Shown here piece by piece: positions 1-13,317 of a DNA stretch of 64,000 nt. The notes below the pieces were generated by a model. It searched no databases. It worked only from the letters and a program-made list of their open reading frames with translations, and was not told where the DNA came from. Numbering within the stretch: position 1 is the first letter of the stretch; every line of letters starts with the position of its first letter. Position numbers and translations under genes: made by a program. The DNA is from Veleropilina oligotropha (lineage: Eukaryota): contig JBEUKZ010000034.1 in the NCBI GenBank assembly GCA_048128005.1, positions 1 through 64,000 on the forward strand. The letters run 5' to 3'.

Positions 1-904
1 TGGACATTATTTTTCGACAATGATAATGTTGCTGTGTTTACTGTCAATGGCCTATTAGTTGTAGACGTACGAAATCTTATCTCAATATTCAATAGTGTAC
101 GTCTGTCTTAACGTCAAATAAATTCTTAGTGAGATTGATAAGCTGGTAACTTATTTCGTACTGATATCATATACCTGTTTCATATTGGACCATATAACGT
201 TTAATGACAATTGATATTCGCCATTCAAATAAACTGGGTATTAACGATAAATAAGCAAGAATTATAAAAGATTTATAACAAAATTATAGAAAGATTTGTT
301 TACATATATACGTAATATACGTTATTTTTAGTCTTTGCGGTATAGTGGACGATTGAAGGATCAGACCTTTGAAATAACTATGGTCACTAAATCATTCGGC
401 ATTAGATATTTATAGGTGAGCAGAAAAAGATAGTTTTGTCACATATAATAATTGCTATTTCACTGTGTAGTGAGTCTAGTGACAACGTACGGTTGTTGTA
501 ATTTTTTAGTTTCGATTTGACAAATTTCGAGAACACTACAGATATTAGACTTCATTTTGTAGAAGTAACCCAAAACCCGTTCCTCTTCTGACAAAATGTT
601 AAGCTATTCATCTTTCCAGAAATATAGCACATCTCATTCAGACGTTTACAAGCAGACACGCGGGAATGCGCTATGAAGATATATTATGTACGCTTTGAGA
701 ACATGCACTCATGCCTGCGTGGCAGTATATCACCTTCGCATGTAATACTAGTATTTATGCTGTTATGTTGTCTATATATAACTAAATTTTGCGATTTTTA
801 TCAGATTCTATAATGAAGAAAATAAACCACATGTCATTTTTGTGCATTTGGCACTATCAACTACCACTCAATAACAGATAGGTCCATGACCATGGCCATG
901 ATAG

Positions 905-2778
905 GCTTGGTCCATGACCCAGTATCAACCACCTATCAACAACAGATAGTATGCTTGGTCCATGGCCCCATAATCAGCCACCTATCATTAACAGATAGTA
1001 TGCTTGGTCTATGACTCCAGTTTCAACCACCTATCAATAACAGATATTATGTTTGGTCCATGACCCAGTATCAACCACCTTTCAATAACAGATAGTATGC
1101 TTGGCCCATGGCCCCAGTATGAACCACCTATCAACAACATATAGTATGTTTGGTTCATGACCCAGTATCAGCCACCTTTCAATAACAGATAGTATGCTTG
1201 GCCCATGGCCCCAGTATCAACCACCTATCAATAATTGATAGTATGCTTGGTCTATGACTCCAGTATCAACCACCTTTCAATAACATATAGTATGCTATGT
1301 TCATGACCACAGTATCGACTAGCTATCAATAACAGATAGTATGATTGGTCCATGAACCAGTATCAACCACCTATCAACAAAAGATAATATATGCTTGGTC
1401 CATGACCTCAGTATCAACCACCCATCAATAACAGATAGTATACTAGGTCCATGACCCCAGTATCAACCACCTATCAACAACAGATAGTATGTTTGGGCCA
1501 TGATCCCAGTATCAACCACCCATCAATAACAGATAGTATACTAGGTCCATGACCCCAGTATCAACCACCTATCAATAACAGATAGTATGTTTGGTCCATG
1601 GCCCCAGTATCAACCACCTATCAACAACAGATATTATGTTTGGTCCATGACCCAGTATCAACCAACTTTCAATAACAGATAGTATGCTTGGCCCATGGCC
1701 CCAGTATCAACCACCTATCAACAACAGATAGTATGTTTGGTTCATGACCCAGTATCAGCCACCTTTCAATAACAGATGGTATGCTTGGCCCATGGCCCCA
1801 GTATCAACCACCTATCAATAATTGATAGTATGCTTGGTCTATGACTCCAGTATCAACCACCTTTCAATAACATATAGTATGCTATGTTCATGACCACAGT
1901 ATCGACTACCTATCAATAACAGATAGTATGCTTGGTCCATGAACCGGTATCAACCACCTATCAACAAAATATAATATATGCTTGGTCCATGACCTCAGTA
2001 TCAACCACCCATCAATAACAGATAGTATACTAGGTCCATGACCCCAGTATCAACCACCTATCAACAACAGACAGTATGTTTGGGCCATGATCCCAGTATC
2101 AACCACCCATCAATAACAGATAGTATACTAGGTCCATGACCCCAGTATCAACCACCTATCAATAACAGATAGTATGTTTGGTCCATGGCCCCAGTATCAA
2201 CCACCTATCAATAACAGATAGTATGCTTGGTCCATGGCCCCAGTATCAACCACCTATCCATAACATATATTATGCTTGGTTCATGACCCCAGTATCAACC
2301 ACCTATCATCAACAGATAGTATGTTTGGTCCATGGCCCCAGTATCAACCACCTATCAATAACAGATAGTATGTTTGGTCCATGGCCCCAGTATCAACCAC
2401 CTATCCATAACATATATTATGCTTGGTTCATGACCCCAGTATCAACCACCTATCAATAACAGATAGTATGTTTGGTCCATGACCCAGTATCAACCACCTA
2501 TCAATAACTGATAGTATGCTTGGTCCATGGCCCCAGTATCAACCACCTATCAATAACTGATAGTATGCTTGGTCCATGGCCTCAGTATCAACCACCTATC
2601 AATAACTGATAGTATGCTTGGTGCATGGCCTCAGTATCAACCACGTATCAATAACTGATAGTATGCTTGGTCCATGGCCTCAGTATCAACCACCTATCAA
2701 TAACTGATAGTATGCTTGGTCCATGGCCCCAGTATCAACCACCTATCAATAACTGATAGTATGCTTGGTCCATGGCCC
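905..2778. repeat. Tandem satellite, 49-bp unit (CCATGGCCCCAGTATCAACCACCTATCAATAACAGATAGTATGCTTGGT), ~38 copies
   Basis: Unit recurs every 49 bp (e.g. CCATGG at 2183 and 2232). ORF 2178..2459 is simply its translation. Confidence 0.95.
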
Positions 2779-3591
2779 TATAGCGTCATCATCATCAAAA
2801 AGGCTCTATAGAATATGTAAATAAGAACAAGCCATGATAGTACGATATTCATATGCGTCCAATCCCAATATTCCAACGTCATTGTCAATAATGATGAAAT
2901 TGTGATATTCAAATAAACGTGACGTGGGTGGGGGGTGTATGATTTGTTGATATGTTTTATGTTATGTACTAGTGACTTATATTTCAACCAACCAGAGCAA
3001 AGTAATTTTATATAATTTCGTCAGCATCTGTTGTTGGTGTCCCACGTAACAGTTCAACAAATATGGTCCACCCATCCCTTTTCGTAAACCAATCGGCACA
3101 TATCTGCTTATTCGTTGTACACAACAACAACATTAGTATTGCAATCGTCTTTGAAAAGAGTTCATGTGTCAGGAAGTAATCCATAATCATATGACGTTAA
3201 ACTTTTTTTAAAGTAACGAAAATTCTTTTGTACGACAATAGAGTGGGCCAGGTATTGTCCTACTTTTCGGCATATTTGAATAAGTTCTTTCATAACACAA
3301 AACAAGTTCTCTATGCGGTCCACTCATGCGTTATTTACTCAACCATTCTCATATTCGAATGTAAACTCCATTCATTACCGTATCGGGTACTCCGCACTAA
3401 GGAGAAAACATGCCTTTATAAATATAATGTGAAGTATGTTTACACCGTTATATGCACGGTACCTGTATGTATTTGCAGAAGCTCATCGACCTATTTTATT
3501 TAGAATATTGTTATTACATATATACGCTTAGTAATATATCGTTTAGTAATGATTTTAATCTGGTTATGAAGAGTCGCTTCATTGTCTGAGA

Positions 3592-3645
3592 TAGTCTAGG
3601 GCACTGATCCGGTTTTTGTCGGGGTTTCGAAAAAACCCTAGACTA
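3592..3645. mobile_element. 54-bp mini-MITE, hAT-like
   Basis: TIRs TAGTCTAGGG...CCCTAGACTA flanked by an 8-bp direct repeat GTCTGAGA (3584-3591, 3646-3653). Confidence 0.75.
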
Positions 3646-3695
3646 GTCTGAGATAGTTCTCGTCTGCAATGTATTCTTTATATTCTCATAATCAT

Positions 3696-3900
3696 GGCCG
3701 CATCATTAGTTGAGTGGAAAAGAGAGTGGACTTTCAAGTCACTCATTATGCTGCTCTGATTCACCAGGAGTGGGTTCGAATCCTCCACTGGACACTTCGT
3801 TCAGATAACAGTCACAGCTAGTTGTTCATGGGGGCGGTGTCCGGCGAGCGGGCTTTCCTCTCGCGTGATTATGGATATGCCGTCGCATGATTGAATGAAT
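3696..3900 (+). mobile_element. Degenerate tRNA-derived SINE (family of the 34319 copy)
   Basis: GGCCGC head, B-box GGGTTCGAATCC, and a body resembling 34319-34582. Confidence 0.6.
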
Positions 3901-3949
3901 AACTGTTTATTTTCCAATTACATCATAATGTCAGCAATTATAATACAAA

Positions 3950-5632
3950 AATATACAAGTATGTTTAATATATAGTACAATAATAGTATGAAAATATACA
4001 TGTATGTTTAATATATAGTGCAATAATAGTATACAAATATACATGTATGTTTAATATATAGTGCAATAATAGTATACAAATATACATGTATGTTTAATAT
4101 ATAGTGCAATAATAGTATACAAATATACATGTATGTTTAATATATAGTGCAATAATAGTATACAAATATACATGTATGTTTAATATATAGTGCAATAATA
4201 GTATACAAATATACATGTATGTTTAATATATAGTGCAATAATAGTATACAAATATACATGTATGTTTAATATATAGTGCAATAATAGTATACAAATATAC
4301 ATGTATGTTTAATATATAGTGCAATAATAGTATACAAATATACATGTATGTTTAATATATAGTGCAATAATAGTATAAAAATATACATGTATGTTTAATA
4401 TATAGTGCAATAATAGTATACAAATATACATGTATGTTTAATATATAGTGCAATAATAGTATAAAAATATACATGTATGTTTAATATATAGTGCAATAAT
4501 AGTATAAAAACATACATGTATGCTTAATATATAGTGCAATAATAGTATAAAAACATACATGTATGCTTAATATATAGTACAATAATAGTATAAAAACATG
4601 CATGTATGCTTAATATATAGTACAATAATAGTATAAAAACATACATGTATGCTTAATATATAGTGCAATAATAGTATAAAAACATACATGTATGCTTAAT
4701 ATATAGTACAATAATAGTATAAAAACATACATGTATGCTTAATATATAGTACAATAATAGTATAAAAACATACATGTATGTTTAATATATAGTGCAATAA
4801 TAGTATAAAAATATACATGTATGTTTAATATATAGTGCAATAATAGTATACAAATATACATGTATGTTTAATATATAGTGCAATAATAGTATAAAAACAT
4901 ACATGTATGTTTAATATATAGTGCAATAATAGTATACAAATATACATGTATGTTTAATATATAGTGCAATAATAGTATAAAAATATACATGTATGTTTAA
5001 TATATAGTGCAATAATAGTATACAAATATACATGTATGTTTAATATATAGTGCAATAATAGTATAAAAATATACATGTATGTTTAATATATAGTGCAATA
5101 ATAGTATAAAAACATACATGTATGCTTAATATATAGTGCAATAATAGTATAAAAACATACATGTATGCTTAATATATAGTACAATAATAGTATAAAAACA
5201 TGCATGTATGCTTAATATATAGTACAATAATAGTATAAAAACATACATGTATGCTTAATATATAGTGCAATAATAGTATAAAAACATACATGTATGCTTA
5301 ATATACAGTACAATAATAGTATAAAAACATACATGTATGCTTAATATATAGTACAATAATAGTATAAAAACATACATGTATGCTTAATATATAGTACAAT
5401 AATAGTATAAAAACATACATGTATGCTTAATATATAGTGCAATAATAGTATACAAACATACATGTATGCTTAATATATAGTGCAATAATAGTATAAAAAC
5501 ATACATGTATGCTTAATATATAGTACAATAATAGTATAAAAACATACATGTATGTTTAATATATAGTGCAATAATAGTATAAAAACATACATGTATGCTT
5601 AATATATAGTGCAATAATAGTATAAAAACATA
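3950..5632. repeat. AT-rich tandem satellite, 43-bp unit (ATATACATGTATGTTTAATATATAGTGCAATAATAGTATACAA), ~39 copies
   Basis: Direct 43-bp periodicity (e.g. 4381 and 4424). Confidence 0.95.
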
Positions 5633-6203
5633 TATAAGATAATTATAATGAAAGCGGATAGGAGATCCGAAGAAGTCCGCGAGGACTTGTAAAGAGGACC
5701 ACCTAATAAATAGTAATGAAAAGAGGGTACAGTATTAATTTTATCTCCAATTAAACAAGTGTGAATTTAATGTAGTAGTTATTATATAATTGAAATAAGT
5801 AACAATGTATATATATTTTGACAATTCTACGTATCAAGGTATTCTTTTAATTGTGTTGATATGAAGTTTTTTAAAGGTGCATCTAACGAATTCCATATAG
5901 ACAAGGGCCAAAACATTTGATAATGGTAAACCTAATTTGAGTTCTGCATTTGTTAATATAAAAATCGTGGGATTTTCTTGTGTCGTGGTTATGGATACTG
6001 AGATTTAGTTTGAAATAGTCATTAAATTCACTTGGTAGTAAATTGTGGTAAATTTAAACATAAATACACGAACTTGCAATTTATATAAATGTCATTAAAT
6101 GAAGGTTGTTAAAACTGTATATTCTCATATGTCATACGTAACTCTTTGTGGGATCAAGCGCAGATAATGACTACGCTGATCATTTAATATACCTAACATG
6201 TGT

Positions 6204-6425
6204 GACCGCCCCGGTAGTCAAGTGGTCTCGAGTGCCGACTCTGAAATACGAACTGGGTTAGAATATCATGTGGGAAAATGTGATTATTTGTTCAGTTATC
6301 CATCGCAGTTGTCCGTAAGTCGTGGAAAAGGATGGGTTTCCCTGGATATTGAGCTTTCATACCGCGATAATATGGACATTTCCTGCATTGAACCTGAATG
6401 TTGTAAATGTACACAACATTAAGCA
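6204..6425 (+). mobile_element. Degenerate SINE copy
   Basis: Shares GCAGTTGTCCGTAA...CGCGATAATATGGACAT...TTGAACCT blocks with the 34319 SINE. Confidence 0.6.
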
Positions 6426-6995
6426 TCGATCCAATCGTAACATTCCAGCCGTATTTTGCATGTTCACCAATGAATGATCTACATGTATAATGTATATGCA
6501 CAGATATATTTATTATGTATAGCCTATGAATATCTGCATGGTCGAGAGCGAACAGATCAGAACTGGGACCGTGGCATAGAGAATTTAGTAGTGATTTTGG
6601 TGATGTGAATAAAATGATTCAACCACTCAGAAAAGTAATTCGGTTGTCGTCTCGTCGATTTCTTCTTTGGACAAATTACTGGTAACTTGTTAATAAAACT
6701 ATTCATCTATCCTTCATCCACTTATAGAAGTTTTCGCCAAATATTTCTTAATTTCATTATAAAATGGCAAAGAAAACATAGAAAGCAAACAATAATATTC
6801 TCCCTGTCTCTATCCGATCAATTTTTCGATGGGCATCACCTTCAGATGTTGGTCTGACCGTCTGTCTCTTCGAGATCAAACCCGGCTGTTCGCTCTTGCT
6901 CAACATGAAATGGCGCGGTGCACACCTTACGCAACCGTGTTGTGAGTTTTTATATTTTTTACAGCACTGACAAGTTTCAAGCTCGAAGTTACACG

Positions 6996-7300
6996 GTAAT
7001 TTGAAACAGGGATGTCGAATAGGAAGGATATCACTGAACAAACTCCGCTATGACGTGTGACGTCATTATCGCAGACGAACAATAATGCTGTCTGGCTACT
7101 TTTAATTGGATAACATTACGAATTCATGGCCCACGTTAGTAATAATAAGCTTTATTATTACTAACGTGGGCCATGAAGTCGTAAAGCTATCCAATTAAAA
7201 GTAGCCAGACAGCATTATTGTTCGTCTGCGATAATGACGTCACCCGTCATGGCGGATTTTGTTGTGTGATATCCTATTCGACATCGCTGTTTCAAATTAC
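6996..7300. repeat. Long inverted repeat / foldback (MITE-like), centre ~7149
   Basis: 7057-~7243 is nearly self-complementary. Looser outer arms run GTAATTTGAAACAG...CTGTTTCAAATTAC. Confidence 0.8.
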
Positions 7301-8984
7301 GACATCGCCCTATGCTCGCATATCCACTGCGCTAGTCTCCTTCCTGTTGATGCAGATGTTCATATTTATTAAGCATAAAATTACGTGGAATATGTTATAT
7401 TAACAACTGATAAACTCTTCCTTCCTACATGAAAGTAGGAGAAGGACAGGAGATAACCTGTCTCATTCTATTTTGGTGTCACCCGGATTAAACATTTAAG
7501 AATGGATGGTTATTTTAACGTTTATGACTAGTATGAGCGCTTCTCTCGTTGAAGTCATTTCTCGCCTTTCTTTCATATTGCATCAAAATGGCATTTGTGG
7601 GGGCAATTCTAGTGAGACATGTATATTAATAAGTATGTTGTAAGAATACCAAGTGATTTGAAATAAGCACATGGTCACCTATTGCCATATCAACCATAAA
7701 TACGTGGGCTGATCTTAGGATATTATTGTTATGAATCGGTATTCTTCGTGATCCTAACGTATTGCTATAAATAAGTAACAGAAAATATCACTGTTAACAG
7801 ACTAAGGATCGTGTAATTGTTATAGTTTAATAAAATATACGATTTTCTTGTGTAAGCAATGCAATTACTTGTATATCAATGATGAAAATATACCATTGCG
7901 GTCAGATGATCTCGTATTAAAGAACTTTTATTTCTTTGGTACCGCAAATACCTTCATACAACAACTTTCGTTAACATCATAATTATGTACTTATTCAGAA
8001 GGAACTCCACCCATCACTTGACATATTATATTTCTTTTATGGCATCTTAATTAGTTTCTTATATTCAGCCGTGGATTGGAGCCTGAGGTCTTATTGTAAA
8101 GTTATCTGTTAAGTGTACTGTTTCAACTGTTGGTCTACATTTGTGCTAAATATGTAACAAATGCATAATTGTGGTTTATAGATATACAGTATACGCTTTT
8201 ATAGCGACTGGCTTTATCATCCGCCCATTGTGGCCTTCTAAAATATATATTAGGTCTGTGCAATAACCGTGACATTGTGATTTCCCGTCAAGACAACCTA
8301 CATCGAAAACCCTGAAACATGTGAAGATACGATGATATAATTGACTCCGATCACGTAATGGTAGAAGAAGGTATTGCAATTGGGTCGGTTTGTATGTCCG
8401 TTCGTCTTTTCGCGACTGGTTCTCGGCTTCTATTATTCCAATCCGATTCAAGATGTCATTTCCGATTCTCTCCTTTTCAGCTCAAATGGGTTACTTGTTA
8501 GTCATAAAGGTACCTGGCTTTCACCATCGTGTTCCTTGTCACCGAGGCGAGGTTTGAAATTTCAGATTTCTTTGTCCTCTGTTTTCCACGGTTAGTTGAA
8601 AAAATAGATCTATTATTCCAAAATCACACGTTGTTGATTTTATAATCTTTAATGGATTTCACATTTTTTGTCGACCGAATACTACCCGGATAGAGAATTA
8701 GGCTTCATGATTTGCATTAATACATAATTTACCATTATTTACACCCACCTGATAACTGTTGGTATCTAGCAAATCATTTACATATGAAATATTATGGACT
8801 TAGTTGCATTTATCCATTGGCTTATCCTTATTTCTCCATCATGTTCACTCATGATGTTTATGTGGAAATAATGGCTAACCTATATGTACAAAAATGTCCT
8901 GGCTATATACCCGGACAACAACAAGAATCAAACATCAAACGACGATCGAATAAAATGACTATCCAATAGAAATGCTCGATATAT

Positions 8985-9325
8985 ACCGTTGCGGCCCATG
9001 GTCTGGAGAGCCGACTTAGAAATCACTGGAACGTCTGCGCCACGGGCCTTTGTCGCATGCCAGAAAATCGTTCGATCAATGATGCTTCCGGTCGCCTGGT
9101 AGCCTATATATAGGCTACCAGGCGACCGGAAGCATCATTGATCGAACGATTTTCTGGCATGCGACAGAGGCCCGTGGTCTGCGCCAACGAACAGGAGTGG
9201 GTTCGAACCTCGGTTGGGGCAATGCAAATCTTTGTTCAGTTATCAGTCGCAGTTGTCCGTAACTGACCGAAGAGGACGGGATTCCCGGAGCGACCGATCT
9301 TTCTTCGCGATAATATGGACATTAT
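8985..9325 (+). mobile_element. SINE copy interrupted by a palindromic MITE
   Basis: tRNA-like head, B-box GGGTTCGAACC at ~9199, SINE body GCAGTTGTCCGTAACTGACCGAAGAGG. Confidence 0.65.
9041..9176. mobile_element. 136-bp near-perfect palindromic MITE with 8-bp TSD (hAT-like)
   Basis: CACGGGCC...GGCCCGTG is self-complementary about TATATATA. TSD GTCTGCGC at 9033-9040 and 9177-9184. Confidence 0.85.
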
Positions 9326-11384
9326 CAAATTTTAAAGTTAGATGAAAACACGCATAACGGTTGACGGCGACTTTTGAATATTATGAAAACATAAAAGCTA
9401 TATGAAAGTTGATATTTCATATATGTAGAGAACGACATCTGTCCTGATTACATATGCTATTATTACGCTTTCAGAAATATATATAGGCCTACACTGAGAT
9501 TTGTGCCAACAAGTTTTGGCTAATGACTTTCTGTAAAATATAATACAATTTAAAAAGTCCACACATCTGTATGTGGGTGTGAAAGCACTGATAATTGCGA
9601 TAACATGATAAATAATCTAAAATAATAACAATCAATTAATATATTAAAATAAACTTATCGCTCTTTTGTTGGATACATACAATGAACAATAGAGTGTTTT
9701 TTCGGGAGAGAAATCTGATAGTTTTGTTGAAAATAGATTCACATAATTTCATAAATGAGATTATGAGTGGCGTAGGAATATAATTATTAATCTCAAAGCG
9801 TGCGTAGCGTTACCTGGGCTGTTAGGGTATAGAGAGCAACCAATGACACTCCAGTGCGTATAAAAGCTATTTGATGAAACATTTAAATTATTTACTGTCG
9901 CCCATGTTCTATACATTCAAGCATGTAATATGTCTTTGGATGGCTTTAATTCGGTTGAATTGACCGACTGACCTCGTCCTCGAGTACATTTTGGGCGATT
10001 ACTTGAAAGCTGGACGCCATGTTGGTTCATATAAACGCGGAATGATTGGTTGAAATGCTTGATATGGCGGTGTGCATCACGTGCCAGCGCGTCTTACTCG
10101 TAACAAGTTAATTGGTGAGATTTGCCAGCTTGTTCTAAAATGGTAACATTTACAAAGGAGATATATCCTGTTCCTTCATTCAAGGTCAATACGAAGTGGA
10201 CGTGAACGACTTTTCTTTGTAAAACGAAACCATTAAATATTGTCCAAAGATATAATGTAATTCTTTTGTTATTTTATATAGTGTCCTGTTCGAACAAGAT
10301 TGATAATGTGATCTTTTAGCTTTTTCGAACACGAAACAGCGAAATAGCTTAAACGCGAAATTTGCAACTTTTGAATTTCGCCTCAGCCCTTCGATGGGAA
10401 ATTGTTTTGTCTTTTAGTTTCCTCAAAAGGACAAAGATGCCAAATTAATTTTTAATTTCGCTTCTGTTTGAAAGATGAACTTCAGAAGTCACAAATTTAG
10501 CGATTTCGTTGTTTCATGCTCTAAGTAGCTAAGAGGCAAACGAAACCGGTCACCATACAAACTCCTCATTATCGATACTCTTTGAAAACAACACTAGAAA
10601 TCGTAGCACAATAACCTGGACTTTTATTAAGACAAATAGCAGAGCTCAGGAGAAGATGTTTCACAGTATTACGTATCGTTGATAGTAAATTCACTATAAA
10701 ATTGAGTCCTCTCTAAATCAACATCCTGTACACGCCCCTACAGTGGTACCACCAATCCACATTTCGGAATCGAACCCAGTCAGTACGCGCGAAATGGGAA
10801 CAACGCTCATAGACACTCGGTCACCATGGGAATCCACATCAAGTTCATTAGCAATGAAAATATTGAAATAGCGGCTTGAATTTATCATTAAGATTACAAT
10901 ACCTTCTTTTGCTTTGCACGAATAAATCCCTTAAAAACGCTAACGCTTAAAACTAATGGAATGACTTACAACACGATACCTGTACGTCGAAAAGAGACGT
11001 TAACCCGAGGCTCCGAGTACGTATATATGACTGAAAACCTGTCATTTAACTGTGGTCGAAAATCTAAACTAAGTCACCTCACATCGCATTTCTTGCGGCG
11101 GGTGAAGGACCTGACTTAATATTTTATTTTACACATAAGAGGATTATCACAGGGGATGGTTCCTGCAGATAACCACTTAATAAGGATACTCGCAGCTTAT
11201 GTATTATGTGTTGTTAAGTGCATACACTTAATGAATAAAAATAATAAAGGTATGTATAATGAGAAAATAAAATTGACAGACTCGTATTGCCACTTTTGTG
11301 GTACAAAATATAAGGGACATTCGCAGCTAAGTAGTCGTAAAGAAAATCCATGTATAACCACCACACTCTGTCATTCATACCTTT

Positions 11385-11973
11385 TTACTCTCGCCTCCGG
11401 AGGAGAGACGAGGGTATTGCAATCGGCTCCGTATGTATGTATGTATGTCTGTCTGTATGTATGTATGTATGTATGTCCATTCGCATAACTCGAAAAATAT
11501 TGATTCAATCAACTTGAAACTTTTACACAGGGTAGGGTTTATCCCTGGCTCGGTCCTCCTCAAAGATGGTCCGAGTTCGGATATTATGACGCAATATCCG
11601 GTTTACAGGTTTTCGGCGGTCGTGTTGAAACGCTTCATCGTACAAACTTCAGAATAGGCTCAAAATGTTCTTTAGATCAGGGGATAGTGACAACATGAAA
11701 TATATAGAATCTATCTCACACAAGATGGCCGGGAGGGGGAGCAAAGTTGGGTGAAGTTTGGGGGGGAAGTGTGGTGTGTGAAAAGGGGGGGGGGGCGAGA
11801 AATGGAGGGGGGAGTGGGGGAAGGTGGGGCACGAAATGGGGCGTTAAAGTTGGGAGGGGGCAAAGTGGGGGGGTGAAAAGGGTGGGAGTTGGGGGTGGGA
11901 GAAATGGTGGGGTAAAGGGGGGCGAGAAACGGGGGATTTTATCGAAATCAACCGATTACAGTACCCACTAGTA
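11385..11973 (+). mobile_element. Non-autonomous Helentron/HINE (Pearl/DINE-1-like) element
   Basis: 5' subterminal hairpin, (GTAT/GTCT)n microsatellite, G-rich tract and a 3' ...CCCACTAGT end. Assigned from architecture only. Confidence 0.5.
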
Positions 11974-12034
11974 CATATATAAAATAGCTTATAAAGTTTG
12001 AAGAAGATGGCTATTGATTAACATCGAAAAAGGT

Positions 12035-13317
12035 AGGAGTAGTAGTCATGTTTCTTGACTACCAGATTAGGGTTCTAACCCCAGGTTTTGGGCCTTTCCC
12101 CTAACCCTAACTAGGTCAACCCTAACTAGGTCAACCCTAACTAGGTCACCAACCCTAAGTAGGTCACCCTAAGTAGGTCAACCTAAGTAGGTCACCCTAA
12201 GTAGGTCACCAACCCTAACTAGGTCAACCCATATGGTGGCTAACCCCAGCCCTAACCCTAATTGGGTCAAACCCTAACCCTAAGTAGGTCAACCCTAAGT
12301 AGGTCAACCTAAGTAGGTCAACCCTAACCCTAATTGGGTCAACCCTAACTAGGTCAACCCTAAGTAGGTCAACCCTAACCCTAACCATAATTGGGTCAAC
12401 CCTAACCCTAAGCGGGTCAACCCTAAGTAGGTCAACCCTAACCCTATCCCTAATTGGTATGCTCACCCAAACCCTAATTGGGTCAGCCCTAACCCTAATT
12501 GGGTCAACCCTAACTAGGTCAACCCTAACCAGGTCAACCCTAACCCTAACCCTAATTGGGGCATCAACCCTAACCCTCAGCCCTAACCCTAAGTAGGTCA
12601 ACCCTAACCCCTCAACCCTAACCCTGGCCCTAACCCTAATTGGGTCAACCCTAACACCAACCCTGCCCCAAGCCCTAGCCCTAGCTGGTATGGTCTATGT
12701 TAGCTAGTATCGCCTATGTTAGCTGCTATGTTAGCTAGTATGTTAGCTAGTGTGTTAGCTAGTGTGTTAGCTAGTGTGTTAGCTAGTATGTTAACTAGTC
12801 TAGGCTAGTGTGTTAGCTAGTGTGTTAGCTAGTATGTTAGCTAGTCTAGGCTAGTATGGTCTATGTTAGCTAGTATGTTAGCTAGTTTAGTCTAGTATAG
12901 TCTTCGTTGTTCTGGTCTAGTATGATTGTTCAGTTCTATTTTTTTTTTATCTGGTCAGGTATGGTCTTTGTGTTCAGTTCTGGTCTAGTATGATTGTTCA
13001 GTTCTATTTTTTTTTATCTGGTCTTGTTTGGTAACGTCATGTCATGAGTCTTGTCATGAGTCATATTTCTGCGAATGTCTGTCATTGTTTTTTATTTCGC
13101 GGGTAGAAATAGCATCCATTTTTAAAAATGGGGGTCATATTTCAACGCTATTATCATATAATTCTACATCCGGTTTTAAATTTGGCATTATTAATAATCT
13201 CTATTTTATAATCGCCATATGATGATTATATAAATTCGACTTGTGACGTCATGGAACATGACTTGTTCTGGACATGTCTGGACGTGTGACGTCGTGGATC
13301 TTGTTCTGGACATGTCT
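12035..13317 (+). repeat. Left TIR of the Polinton, with CCCTAA/GGTCAA arrays and GTTAGCTAGT repeats
   Basis: Reverse complement of 27791-28927 apart from repeat-unit copy number. ORFs 13028..13222 and 27886..28080 are near-identical. Confidence 0.95.

Noticed and set aside
905..5632. Regular arrays that could be mistaken for CRISPR
   Set aside because: They are head-to-tail satellites with no unique spacers, there are no cas genes, and the context is eukaryotic.
11747..11971. Gly-rich ORF
   Set aside because: Translation of a low-complexity G-rich tract inside a non-autonomous element.
12224..12601. RVRVD-repeat ORFs (also 28442..28738) and TIR ORFs 13028..13222 / 27886..28080
   Set aside because: Translations of TIR repeats with no evidence of coding function.
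12099..12660. True chromosome end or interstitial telomere
   Set aside because: The arrays are mirrored within the element's TIRs and bounded by AGTAGT termini, so they belong to the Polinton.
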